A stretch of 64,000 bases of DNA from Pseudomonadota bacterium (GTDB lineage Bacteria; Bdellovibrionota_C; UBA2361; OMII01), in NCBI GenBank assembly GCA_038134595.1, contig JAYPVM010000002.1:1-64000 (forward strand). Reading direction: 5' to 3'. This document shows positions 1 through 8,188 of this stretch, in pieces (the first letter of the stretch is position 1; every line of letters starts with the position of its first letter). The position numbers and the translations under genes were made by a program. The notes under the pieces are model-generated. The model had not been told where the DNA came from and ran no database searches. It saw only the letters and a program-made list of their open reading frames with translations.

Positions 1-15
1 AGAACATAGCAAGTT

Positions 16-1071
16 ATGGAGCCTAATCTTTCAAGCGAACATTTACGGGAGCTTACTCGGCAGTTTACTGCAGAGTTAGAGCAAGTTGATAATCTAAGTG
101 CCCTCGATGATGTACGGCGTCGGTGGCTGGGAAAAGAGGGTGTTGTTAAGAATCTCTTTAAGGGGATTCGAACGGTTTCTGCTGAAGAAAAACCCAATGT
201 TGCCAAGCATTTAAACGCATTAAAGGATGCTGTCGAGCAAAATATCGAGTCTAAGGCGCGCGCGCAGGAATTGGCCGCACTGAGTAAACAGCTTGGCGAA
301 GAGTATTTAGATCTCTCTTTGCCGAGTAATAGCCCTGGTTTTGGCTCTGTTCATCCGATCACGGTTGTTGAGGAGCGAATCACTGAGATTTTAAGACCCT
401 TTGGTTTTCAGAGTGTGATGGGGCCTGAGATCGAAAGTGAGTATTATTGCTTTGATTCGCTCAATATCCCCAAGCATCATCCTGCTCGAGATATGCAGGA
501 TACGTTCTATACGAGTTCGGGCCAGGTGCTTCGTACGCACACCACATCGGTGCAAGCTAGAATGCTTCAGGCGCGCGCTTTGTTTGAGGGTAAGAAATTG
601 CCGCTAAAGATAGCATCGTTTGGCAAGGTATATAGAAACGAAACTGAGGATGCTTCGCATCAGGCGATGTTTCATCAATACGAGTTGGTATGGGTGGAGA
701 AAGGGCTTACCTTGGCTCATTTAACAGGGCTTATTACTCATATCGTAAAAGAGCTTTATGGTAAGCGCAGAAGGGTGGAGTTTGTGCCTAAGTTCTATCC
801 GTATACGGAGCCAAGTATCGGCCCGCGAATGGATTGCTCTATTTGCAAAGGCAAAGGGTGCCCGAGCTGTGGCGGTGCTGGTTGGGTCACTGTAGGTGGT
901 GCTGGAATGATACATCGCAAGGTGCTTGAAGAGTTTGGATTTGATCCTGCAGAGGTTTCTGGATTTGCGTTTGGATTGGGCACTTCGCGCTTGGCAGGTC
1001 AGTTGTGTGATATGCCACATCTACGCGCTGTGTATGAGAATGACCTTCGGATTCTGAAGGAGTTTGTATGA
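16..1071 (+). CDS. pheS: Phenylalanine--tRNA ligase alpha subunit
   Basis: HPARDMQDTFY, LRTHTTSVQ, motif 2 YRNE..D.SH..MFHQ, TEPS, CxxC-x-CxxC insert, GFAFGLG, ENDLR; overlaps pheT by 4 nt. Confidence 0.97.
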   Translation: MEPNLSSEHLRELTRQFTAELEQVDNLSALDDVRRRWLGKEGVVKNLFKGIRTVSAEEKPNVAKHLNALKDAVEQNIESKARAQELAALSKQLGEEYLDLSLPSNSPGFGSVHPITVVEERITEILRPFGFQSVMGPEIESEYYCFDSLNIPKHHPARDMQDTFYTSSGQVLRTHTTSVQARMLQARALFEGKKLPLKIASFGKVYRNETEDASHQAMFHQYELVWVEKGLTLAHLTGLITHIVKELYGKRRRVEFVPKFYPYTEPSIGPRMDCSICKGKGCPSCGGAGWVTVGGAGMIHRKVLEEFGFDPAEVSGFAFGLGTSRLAGQLCDMPHLRAVYENDLRILKEFV

Positions 1072-3197
1072 AGTTACACGTCGGTTTGCTAGAGAAGTAT
1101 ATGGAGTTACCAGCCTGTGCTGGAGAGGATGCTGGCGGGTCGGACCTTCGACGTACGTTAGATGATATCGGTCTTGAGGTTAAGCACACAGAGGGTGATG
1201 CCAAACAAGGTGTGGTCTTTACTATTGAGACGCTAGCTAATCGAGGAGATCATCTGTCTGTACTTGGAGTAGCCCGGGAGCTTTCGGCTCGGACACTTTC
1301 GCAGGTTAAGCTCCCTCCTGTTGCGGCGGGCTTAAGTGATCGTGCGGCGTCGGTTGTGGTGCGCCGCAACACAGAGCTTTGTAGTCGCTATGCGTTGCTT
1401 GAGATGACTCTCCCTGCGGAGTTAGATCTGAGAAATGATATTACGGCTTTTATTGAAGAGCCCGGCAAGCGGCATCCCATCGTAGATGTTCTAAATTACG
1501 TTCAGATGGAATGTGGGCATCCGATGCATGCCTTCGATGCAACTAAGGTTGAGGGAGAAATCGTTGTCGTGTCTTCCTCTGAACCAGAGGAGATTGAAGC
1601 GCTCGATGGAAAACACTACACGGTTCCTGAGGGCGCTATTTTGATTCGTGATAGCAAGAAGACGATTGCAGTTGCCGGTGTCATTGGTTGTGCAAATAGT
1701 ATGGTAACCGACGGGACAACCAAGGTGTATATCGAGGCGGCAGTATTCGACCCGATATCGGTTCGAAAGACCGCGCGTGCTATGGGTATATCTACAGACG
1801 CCTCCCATGCTTTTGAACGGGGCGTTGATATCGATGGGATTGTGCCTGCGCTTAAGCGAGTAGTGTATCTTGTCGGAGGTTCTGCTGGCTCTGCAAAAGA
1901 TACTGCTGGAGCGCATGTAGTTGGATATACACATACTGCAATGGCTCCAACAGAAGAGCGTCGCATTGCTGTTTCATTGCAGTATATTCGACGATATTTG
2001 AATCTCGTTAAGCTCGATGAGGTAGAGATAGCCACTCGGTATAAACATTTAGGCTACGGTGTTGAAACAGTTTCTGAGGGAAAAGATAGAGAGATGGTTC
2101 TTACGGTTCCATCGTGGAGGCTCTACGATGTACAGTCGGTTGATGATGTTGTTGAGGATATCGCCCGATCGGTGGGGTTAAATAGAATTAAGCAAGAGCT
2201 GCCCCCTCTCGATCCTAGTGTGCAGGAGCCCCATGTTCTCGAGTCTATTTCACAGCGCGTACGACCTGCCTTGAGAGGCTCTGGGTTTGTTGAGGTAATC
2301 AGTAAAGGATTTTATTCAGCATATGAGGTGCAAGCGCTTGAAGGTCTTCAGCCGGATGTTGAGAAGTTGCATGTCGCGCTCCAGAATTCTCTAGAAGCAA
2401 GTAACTCTCATATGAAATACACAAACGTGTTTCATATGGGAAGTATACTTGCATCAAATTTGAAGCGGGGAGTGCTTTGCCCGAAGATATTTGATTTTAC
2501 CCGATTGTTTTCGATGCCCGAAGAGCAGGTAGATGATTCTCCAAGAGTTCGCGAGGAGATGGACTATGATTACGAGCGCGATGTGCTTACCCTAGCTTCG
2601 GCGGGTCGGTGGAGTGAGGGGCAGTGGCGAAAGCCTGAGTCGCTTGACGAGCACGCGCGATACTTTAAAGGGGTCGTGGCAGCGCTTGTAAAAAGTGTTG
2701 GCGGAGAATTTTCTACTGCAAAGAGCACCTGCCCGTTTCTGCATCCAGGGATGCAGGCCTCGATAAAGATGGGACGCAATATCGTTGGAGTTTTTGGGGT
2801 TATTCATCCCTCGTTGCGCGAAGTGTGTAGCCTGAAGGTACCGGCTTTTTATGCTGAGCTTGATTTGCGGTTGGTAAAGAAATTTATGGGCAATTTTTCG
2901 GGAGCCAGTGTCAGTGAGTTTCCGGCGATTGACCGTGATGTAACACTTATGGTGCCTAAGCGAGAACAGGCAGGGCGTATCCTTCGGTTTATGATAGACG
3001 GTGATGTTCCTGCTATGTCGCATGTTGTAATTGTGGATGATTTTGCTAAAGAGGGAGAGGTCTTTCGAAGGGTAACGTATCGGCTGACCTTTCAAAGCCT
3101 TGAGCGAACACTTACCCATGATGAAGTAGATTCGGCGATGAGTGCTTTGTTATCTAACTTAGAGGTGCATCACGGAATCAAACTCGTCGAAGGGTAG
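1068..3197 (+). CDS. pheT: Phenylalanine--tRNA ligase beta subunit (short form, no B2 OB domain)
   Basis: ANRGDHLS..GVARE, NYV..E.GHPMHAFD (B3/4), FERGVD, VPSWR..D (B5), C-terminal FDX-ACB (EFPAIDRD); follows pheS. Confidence 0.95.
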   Translation: MKLHVGLLEKYMELPACAGEDAGGSDLRRTLDDIGLEVKHTEGDAKQGVVFTIETLANRGDHLSVLGVARELSARTLSQVKLPPVAAGLSDRAASVVVRRNTELCSRYALLEMTLPAELDLRNDITAFIEEPGKRHPIVDVLNYVQMECGHPMHAFDATKVEGEIVVVSSSEPEEIEALDGKHYTVPEGAILIRDSKKTIAVAGVIGCANSMVTDGTTKVYIEAAVFDPISVRKTARAMGISTDASHAFERGVDIDGIVPALKRVVYLVGGSAGSAKDTAGAHVVGYTHTAMAPTEERRIAVSLQYIRRYLNLVKLDEVEIATRYKHLGYGVETVSEGKDREMVLTVPSWRLYDVQSVDDVVEDIARSVGLNRIKQELPPLDPSVQEPHVLESISQRVRPALRGSGFVEVISKGFYSAYEVQALEGLQPDVEKLHVALQNSLEASNSHMKYTNVFHMGSILASNLKRGVLCPKIFDFTRLFSMPEEQVDDSPRVREEMDYDYERDVLTLASAGRWSEGQWRKPESLDEHARYFKGVVAALVKSVGGEFSTAKSTCPFLHPGMQASIKMGRNIVGVFGVIHPSLREVCSLKVPAFYAELDLRLVKKFMGNFSGASVSEFPAIDRDVTLMVPKREQAGRILRFMIDGDVPAMSHVVIVDDFAKEGEVFRRVTYRLTFQSLERTLTHDEVDSAMSALLSNLEVHHGIKLVEG

Positions 3198-3253
3198 CGT
3201 TGTTTGTGTTGATTAGATTGTGAGAGACTAAGGCTCGCCCGAAAGACGAGAGA

Positions 3254-3640
3254 ATGACTATGAGTTATGCGCGACACATGGCCTTATTTTTTTCGTCAAT
3301 AGGAGTCTTTCTGGGGTGCACATCGTCTCCTCCACTAGTGTCCCATCCCCCAACTGATAGAGTTTCCCGCTCTCAGGAGGGAAGTTTAAATTGGGGCCAC
3401 ACCCCAGAAGAGAGGTTTCAAGGAGAGGTCAGTTCTTCCGAAGAGGAATATGGTAGGGCCATGATGAGGCCGTACAGTGACAGGGCCTCATCAGACCCTC
3501 ATTCTGGACAGTCATTTCAGGGGGCAGAGATCCTTGAAGCTGATTCGGCAGAGGGATCAAAGGGTGTAATCGGGACGATGGCAGACATCGTTGCGTTTCC
3601 CTTTCGAGCAGTGGGTTGGTTGCTCCAATCGATTTTTTGA
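3254..3640 (+). CDS. Hypothetical lipoprotein
   Basis: Lipobox-like FLGC after a hydrophobic stretch; C-terminal amphipathic segment DIVAFPFRAVGWLL. Confidence 0.6.
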   Translation: MTMSYARHMALFFSSIGVFLGCTSSPPLVSHPPTDRVSRSQEGSLNWGHTPEERFQGEVSSSEEEYGRAMMRPYSDRASSDPHSGQSFQGAEILEADSAEGSKGVIGTMADIVAFPFRAVGWLLQSIF

Positions 3641-3704
3641 GTGTAGTAAAATAGTGTGAGGTTGGGCAAACGATCTGACCCTCACACGCATGCTAGATGA
3701 ATAG

Positions 3705-4985
3705 ATGAAAGTAAAGAATAGGTCAGTTGTAATCACGCTCATATGTGGCATCGCCCTTGTTGGTAGTTGGCTGAAGTGGGGAGGAAATTCGGCGCCACGG
3801 CCAAATATAGTTTTGGTTATAATCGACACACTGCGCGCGGATAAACTTGGAATATACGGACACCCTAGTCCAGCATCGAAAGAATTAGATACCTTGGCAA
3901 AGCAGGGTGTTTTCTTTCAAACAGCGATCTCTCAAGCGAGTTGGACTCGCTCTTCTATGGCCTCTCTTTTGACAGGAAGATACCCTAGGCGAATTCCACT
4001 GTTAAAAGAGAAATGGGACAAACTGCCGGAAGATGAACTGTCGCTTGCCGAAACGCTTCGGGATGCAGGGTATACGACGGTGGGACTGACGGCAAACCCT
4101 CAGCTCAACAAGGACTTTCATTTTGAGCAAGGCTTTGCCGAATACGTTGAGAGTTCAGTCACCTTTGGATGGATGAAGAAATCTCCCGGCAAAAAAAAGG
4201 CCCACGGAGATGTGCAGGTCAAGCGAGCGCCGGAGATGTTGGAGCGGGCAGCTGAGATTGTAGACGTTTTGTATGATGGATCTTCGCCGCTCTATCTGCA
4301 GTTGTTACTTATGGATGTGCACGCCCATCACCGTATTGAAGATGACGAGATAGATGATGATCTGCAGGTCTATCCAGATAGGAGATACCTACAGGCTGTA
4401 CGTAATGCCACTGCTCCTCTCGCACAGTTTATTGAGCAAATGAGATCAAAATTGGGAGATAATACGGTTTTTATCGTTACATCTGATCACGGTGAAGGGC
4501 TGCGTGATCATCCCTCAGTAGGTGGTTCTAATCGGCATGGAAACCTCCTCTATCGGTCTCATATCCACGTTCCATTACTGTTTCTTGGTGTTCGAGATCT
4601 CGTAGGAGAATACGGGAAGCGAGAGCAATTGGTTGAGCTTATTGATCTCTTTCCAACACTTGCGTCGTTTGCGGGTGCAGCCGTGCCGAAGGTTATCGAC
4701 GGCCAATCGTTAATGCCCTGGCTTGTAAATTCTGCGGACCGAGATACGACAGCTGCAGCATTTTCGGAGACTATGTGGCGAAAGCGAGTGCGCAAACAGG
4801 TAGTGACAGACGGTCAATGGATGTACATTCAGAATCAAGATGGATGGAGCGGTACCCTGCCAAAGGAGTTGCAAAAATTCGGGGGGCCGCAGGATGGAGC
4901 AAAGACCGATAGCTCTAAGCAGTTTCCAGAGCAGATCGTTCGATTGGAGGGTGTTTTGGGGCGTGTTCGCGCATCCATTGACTAG
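3705..4985 (+). CDS. Sulfatase-like hydrolase/transferase (alkaline phosphatase superfamily), N-terminal anchor
   Basis: PNIVLVIIDTLRAD, WTRSSMASLLTGRYP, TSDHGE, HVPLLF. Confidence 0.85.
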   Translation: MKVKNRSVVITLICGIALVGSWLKWGGNSAPRPNIVLVIIDTLRADKLGIYGHPSPASKELDTLAKQGVFFQTAISQASWTRSSMASLLTGRYPRRIPLLKEKWDKLPEDELSLAETLRDAGYTTVGLTANPQLNKDFHFEQGFAEYVESSVTFGWMKKSPGKKKAHGDVQVKRAPEMLERAAEIVDVLYDGSSPLYLQLLLMDVHAHHRIEDDEIDDDLQVYPDRRYLQAVRNATAPLAQFIEQMRSKLGDNTVFIVTSDHGEGLRDHPSVGGSNRHGNLLYRSHIHVPLLFLGVRDLVGEYGKREQLVELIDLFPTLASFAGAAVPKVIDGQSLMPWLVNSADRDTTAAAFSETMWRKRVRKQVVTDGQWMYIQNQDGWSGTLPKELQKFGGPQDGAKTDSSKQFPEQIVRLEGVLGRVRASID

Positions 4986-5020
4986 ACTGCTAGTTCTCTT
5001 TGTTTGGTAAGCCAAAGAGG

Positions 5021-5605
5021 TTATGAGCTTGGCCGCGACGCCCCTGGAACCCATAGGTGCTCGGGGACATTCTTTGTGTGTAACACGTGTCGTGACAGCA
5101 CAAAAAGAAGATCGCTTAACCGATTGATGTACTGAAAGAGGTCCGGAGAAACTGGTTCTTGTTCCTGTAAGAGTGTGATCGTTCGCTCTGCCCGACGGCA
5201 CACAGTCCGGGCGACATGAAGGTGTGCATTTGATTTTGAGCCTCCGGGAAGAACAAATGATGCCAGTGTTGGAAGCGGGGAGTTAAACGCATCGATCCAC
5301 TGCTCTAACCGTTTTACATGGCTCGGAGTGACAGCGTAATTTGTGTCTTGAGAGGTGTTTGCCGGAGCCGCTAGCTCAGCACCGATATCGAATAATTCAT
5401 TTTGAATTATTGTAAGAGCTTTGCAGACCTTCGTCTCGTTCTCTTCCATCAAAAATGACTGGCAGACACCGATAGAGGCATTTAGCTCGTCTATCTCGCC
5501 GTATGCAGCAACCTTTAGAGACCCCTTTGAGATGCGTCCGCCCCCTATTAGTCCTGTTGTGCCGTCATCGCCTGTACGGGTGTAGATCTTTGTGAGTGAT
5601 ACCAT
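5021..5605 (-). CDS. pduO: ATP:cob(I)alamin adenosyltransferase, PduO type
   Basis: KIYTRTGDDGTT, YGEIDELN, FVLPGG, RTVCRRAER, YINRLSDLLF. Confidence 0.93.
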   Translation of the reverse strand: MVSLTKIYTRTGDDGTTGLIGGGRISKGSLKVAAYGEIDELNASIGVCQSFLMEENETKVCKALTIIQNELFDIGAELAAPANTSQDTNYAVTPSHVKRLEQWIDAFNSPLPTLASFVLPGGSKSNAHLHVARTVCRRAERTITLLQEQEPVSPDLFQYINRLSDLLFVLSRHVLHTKNVPEHLWVPGASRPSS

Positions 5606-5632
5606 TGTGTAATGTGCCTCCCCGGTCGTGTA

Positions 5633-5896
5633 TTAGTTGTTGAGTAACTCTCGAATCTCAGCAAGCTCCTCTCGTGGTTGTATTGCCTGTTCCTGCTGGT
5701 TTGTTCTCGAACCGCTTTGGGCAAGGTCTCGGTTTCGTGTTTGTCCAGAGTTGAGCGTGTCCGAATTATGTACCTCGATATCATCGTCAGTCGCTGGAGA
5801 TGTCAGGATGTGGCATCCAGCATACGGAGCGACCAAAACTAATACCAGGCCATAAATAGCATATACAATGAGATTTTTTGACATTGCTTTATCCAA
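5633..5896 (-). CDS. Small hypothetical membrane-anchored protein
   Basis: N-terminal hydrophobic helix; ends 27 bp before the pduO start on the same strand; start uncertain. Confidence 0.55.
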   Translation of the reverse strand: MDKAMSKNLIVYAIYGLVLVLVAPYAGCHILTSPATDDDIEVHNSDTLNSGQTRNRDLAQSGSRTNQQEQAIQPREELAEIRELLNN

Positions 5897-6123
5897 TGAT
5901 CACGTTTTTCGATTGAGTATATCGCAAAAAGGGGGGTGAGTGCGATACACGTTAGGATTCTCTCTTTAAATGTGTCTATCCTATACAATGAGAGAGTTGC
6001 AGATATACTCCCTATCGCTAGTGGGGTAAGTAGTGACTGTTTTCAAAAACCCCCTGTAACCACCTGTTTTTATTGGGCGCGCCATTTTTTTTTAAGCCTG
6101 GTCTCACTGATGGGTAAATTACT

Positions 6124-6150
6124 TAAGTTCAATCTCTAATCAACCGACCC
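6124..6150 (+). promoter_or_regulatory. Putative sigma28(FliA)-like promoter of the phosphatase-kinase-Tad locus
   Basis: TAAG-N15-ACCGACCC vs consensus TAAA-N15-GCCGATAA; same layout as the site upstream of motA. Confidence 0.4.
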
Positions 6151-6244
6151 CTACTCTTAGCAACTATAAGTCGTGTGAAGATATGTAGCGTTAGTTTTCT
6201 ACATATATAAGACATTTGTAAGTTTGTGAGTAAAGCGGGCGGGG

Positions 6245-7252
6245 ATGGTCTCACACAGTACGTCAAACATTTCTTCTGGCAATAAAGCGAGTGATAGGCC
6301 GCTGTCTGATGCAGGCTTATCAGTTTCGTTTGCAGTGCGCAGTGATGTCGGATGCGAGAGAGATACTAATGAGGATCGTTGCCTAGTTTTTAAAGCTCAA
6401 GCCGGACACGGTTTTTTCGTTTTTGATGGCATGGGCGGTGAATTAGGTGGGGCCGCCGCGGCAGAGATTTCGGCCCAGGCGATTGAGGCGTTCTTTGCTC
6501 ATACAAACGCTTCAAATGATTGTGCTCTGATGGAGCAAGCAATTTCTTTAGCGCACAGTAATGTCAAAAATCTCAGAAAGACCTCAAAGATGAAATCGAT
6601 GGGAACCACGACCGTTGGTGCCATTGTAAGTCATGATGGTGTTTGTATCGGCTCAGTTGGTGATTCTCGTGCGTATAGAATATCGACTGAGAGCATAGAG
6701 CAGCTGACGCACGACCACACGGTAGTTCAGTCGATGGTAGACAGAGGAGAAATCGCTTTTGAAGATGCGATGGTGCATCCGTATTCACATGTTTTGACAA
6801 GATGTCTTGGTTCGGAAGATGGCTTTGGAATAGATAGCCTGTATTTTTTCATCGACAGATCGCATGAAGCTCGTGGTGATAAGCTTTTGCTGTGCTCTGA
6901 TGGTCTCTACAGCTTGGTCTCTGAGGATGAGTTAAAGGAGCTCGTGTCGGTAAACACCCCTGAAATCGCAGCAGATAAATTGATTGCCCTTGCGAGGGAG
7001 CGAGGCGGCTTTGACAACATTAGCGCTATTGTAATTGATATCGGGGGTGTTTTGTGTACAGAGATTCCAACCGAGGTTCTACCCGAGGAAGCGCCGGAAT
7101 TCTCTGAAGCGAGTGCCATCACTGAATCTTCCAGTACGGCTAAGAAGTCTTCATATAATAGAGGTCTGATACGAAGCTTTGTTTTGTTTTTATTGGTCGC
7201 GGGGTGTTTTGCGATGCTCAGTATGGGAGCGGTATTGTTTTTAAGGAGGTAG
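6245..7252 (+). CDS. PP2C/PPM-family Ser/Thr phosphatase with C-terminal TM helix
   Basis: SDVG..R..NED, DGMGG, MGTT, VGDSRAY, QLTHDHT, LLLCSDGL, GGFDNIS. Confidence 0.93.
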   Translation: MVSHSTSNISSGNKASDRPLSDAGLSVSFAVRSDVGCERDTNEDRCLVFKAQAGHGFFVFDGMGGELGGAAAAEISAQAIEAFFAHTNASNDCALMEQAISLAHSNVKNLRKTSKMKSMGTTTVGAIVSHDGVCIGSVGDSRAYRISTESIEQLTHDHTVVQSMVDRGEIAFEDAMVHPYSHVLTRCLGSEDGFGIDSLYFFIDRSHEARGDKLLLCSDGLYSLVSEDELKELVSVNTPEIAADKLIALARERGGFDNISAIVIDIGGVLCTEIPTEVLPEEAPEFSEASAITESSSTAKKSSYNRGLIRSFVLFLLVAGCFAMLSMGAVLFLRR

Positions 7253-7256
7253 TGTT

Positions 7257-8174
7257 ATGAGCGTAGATTCGAAAGATAAACACGATTCAAAATTTCCAAG
7301 GTCTTCACTACGGGCGCGGAATAAAACCGTGGTAATGGAACCAGCAGCCTTAGATGACTTTAGGGGAGATTCTGCGTGGCAAGATGTCGATGGACTGAAT
7401 ATCGACGATCTTTTGGAGGACAATATACTCGAAACTGACGAGGTCTCCGTAGACGACATTCAGCAGGATTTGGAGAGTACGGCAATTGAAGAGAATCAAC
7501 ACCTTGAGTCGTCCGTATTTGAAGATACAGATGATGGTGATTTAGGATCGCAAGAAACCTCTGTTTTTGAAGAGCAGGAGGAGATAGAGGAGCAGGCCGC
7601 AGAATACCAAGAACGTGCAGTGACGCCATCTGATGACCCTGAGGAAGACCAAACGGGTGCCCTCGATGGATCAGCGTATGAAGATAGCTTGATAGATGAA
7701 GGGTTTGAGAGTTCTTATGAAAGAGATTCTGAGGAGCAGGATCTCGATGAGAGCGATGAAGAATTCTCGGATGTATTAGTGCCGAGTGAAAATGAAATTT
7801 TATGGCGCAGACCAACTCGGCTCGTAGGGTTTTTGGTTGCTCTCGATGCTACGCAGGAACGAGGGTATGTGGAGCTTCATGAGGGTCGACTACTGGTCTC
7901 TCGGGAGGAGAACAACTCAGAGAATTGTCTTGTACTGCGGCATCAGTCAGTATCAACGATGCACGCGATTATGATGGTGTCAGCTGATGGATCTATATTG
8001 ATCTTAGATCAGTTGTCGGAGAGTGGTACGATTATTCGACGAGCGAAAGACGGAAGGGAGGAATCCCTGATGGGTGATAAGCAAACACTTCATCATGGGG
8101 ATGTGGTTGTATTTGGAGAGTGTGCTTATAATGTTTGTATTATCGACTTTTCTGGTTCAAAAGTAGATGCGTAG
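7257..8174 (+). CDS. FHA-domain protein with long acidic N-terminal region
   Basis: C-terminal LLVSR...SVSTMHA...DQLSESGT...LHHGDVVVFG matches the FHA pattern; residues ~30-180 are very D/E-rich. Confidence 0.8.
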   Translation: MSVDSKDKHDSKFPRSSLRARNKTVVMEPAALDDFRGDSAWQDVDGLNIDDLLEDNILETDEVSVDDIQQDLESTAIEENQHLESSVFEDTDDGDLGSQETSVFEEQEEIEEQAAEYQERAVTPSDDPEEDQTGALDGSAYEDSLIDEGFESSYERDSEEQDLDESDEEFSDVLVPSENEILWRRPTRLVGFLVALDATQERGYVELHEGRLLVSREENNSENCLVLRHQSVSTMHAIMMVSADGSILILDQLSESGTIIRRAKDGREESLMGDKQTLHHGDVVVFGECAYNVCIIDFSGSKVDA

Positions 8175-8188
8175 GGTGAGAGTGATTC

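Noticed and set aside
5606..6244. Cobalamin riboswitch upstream of pduO
   Set aside because: No B12-box or other conserved riboswitch segments recognised.
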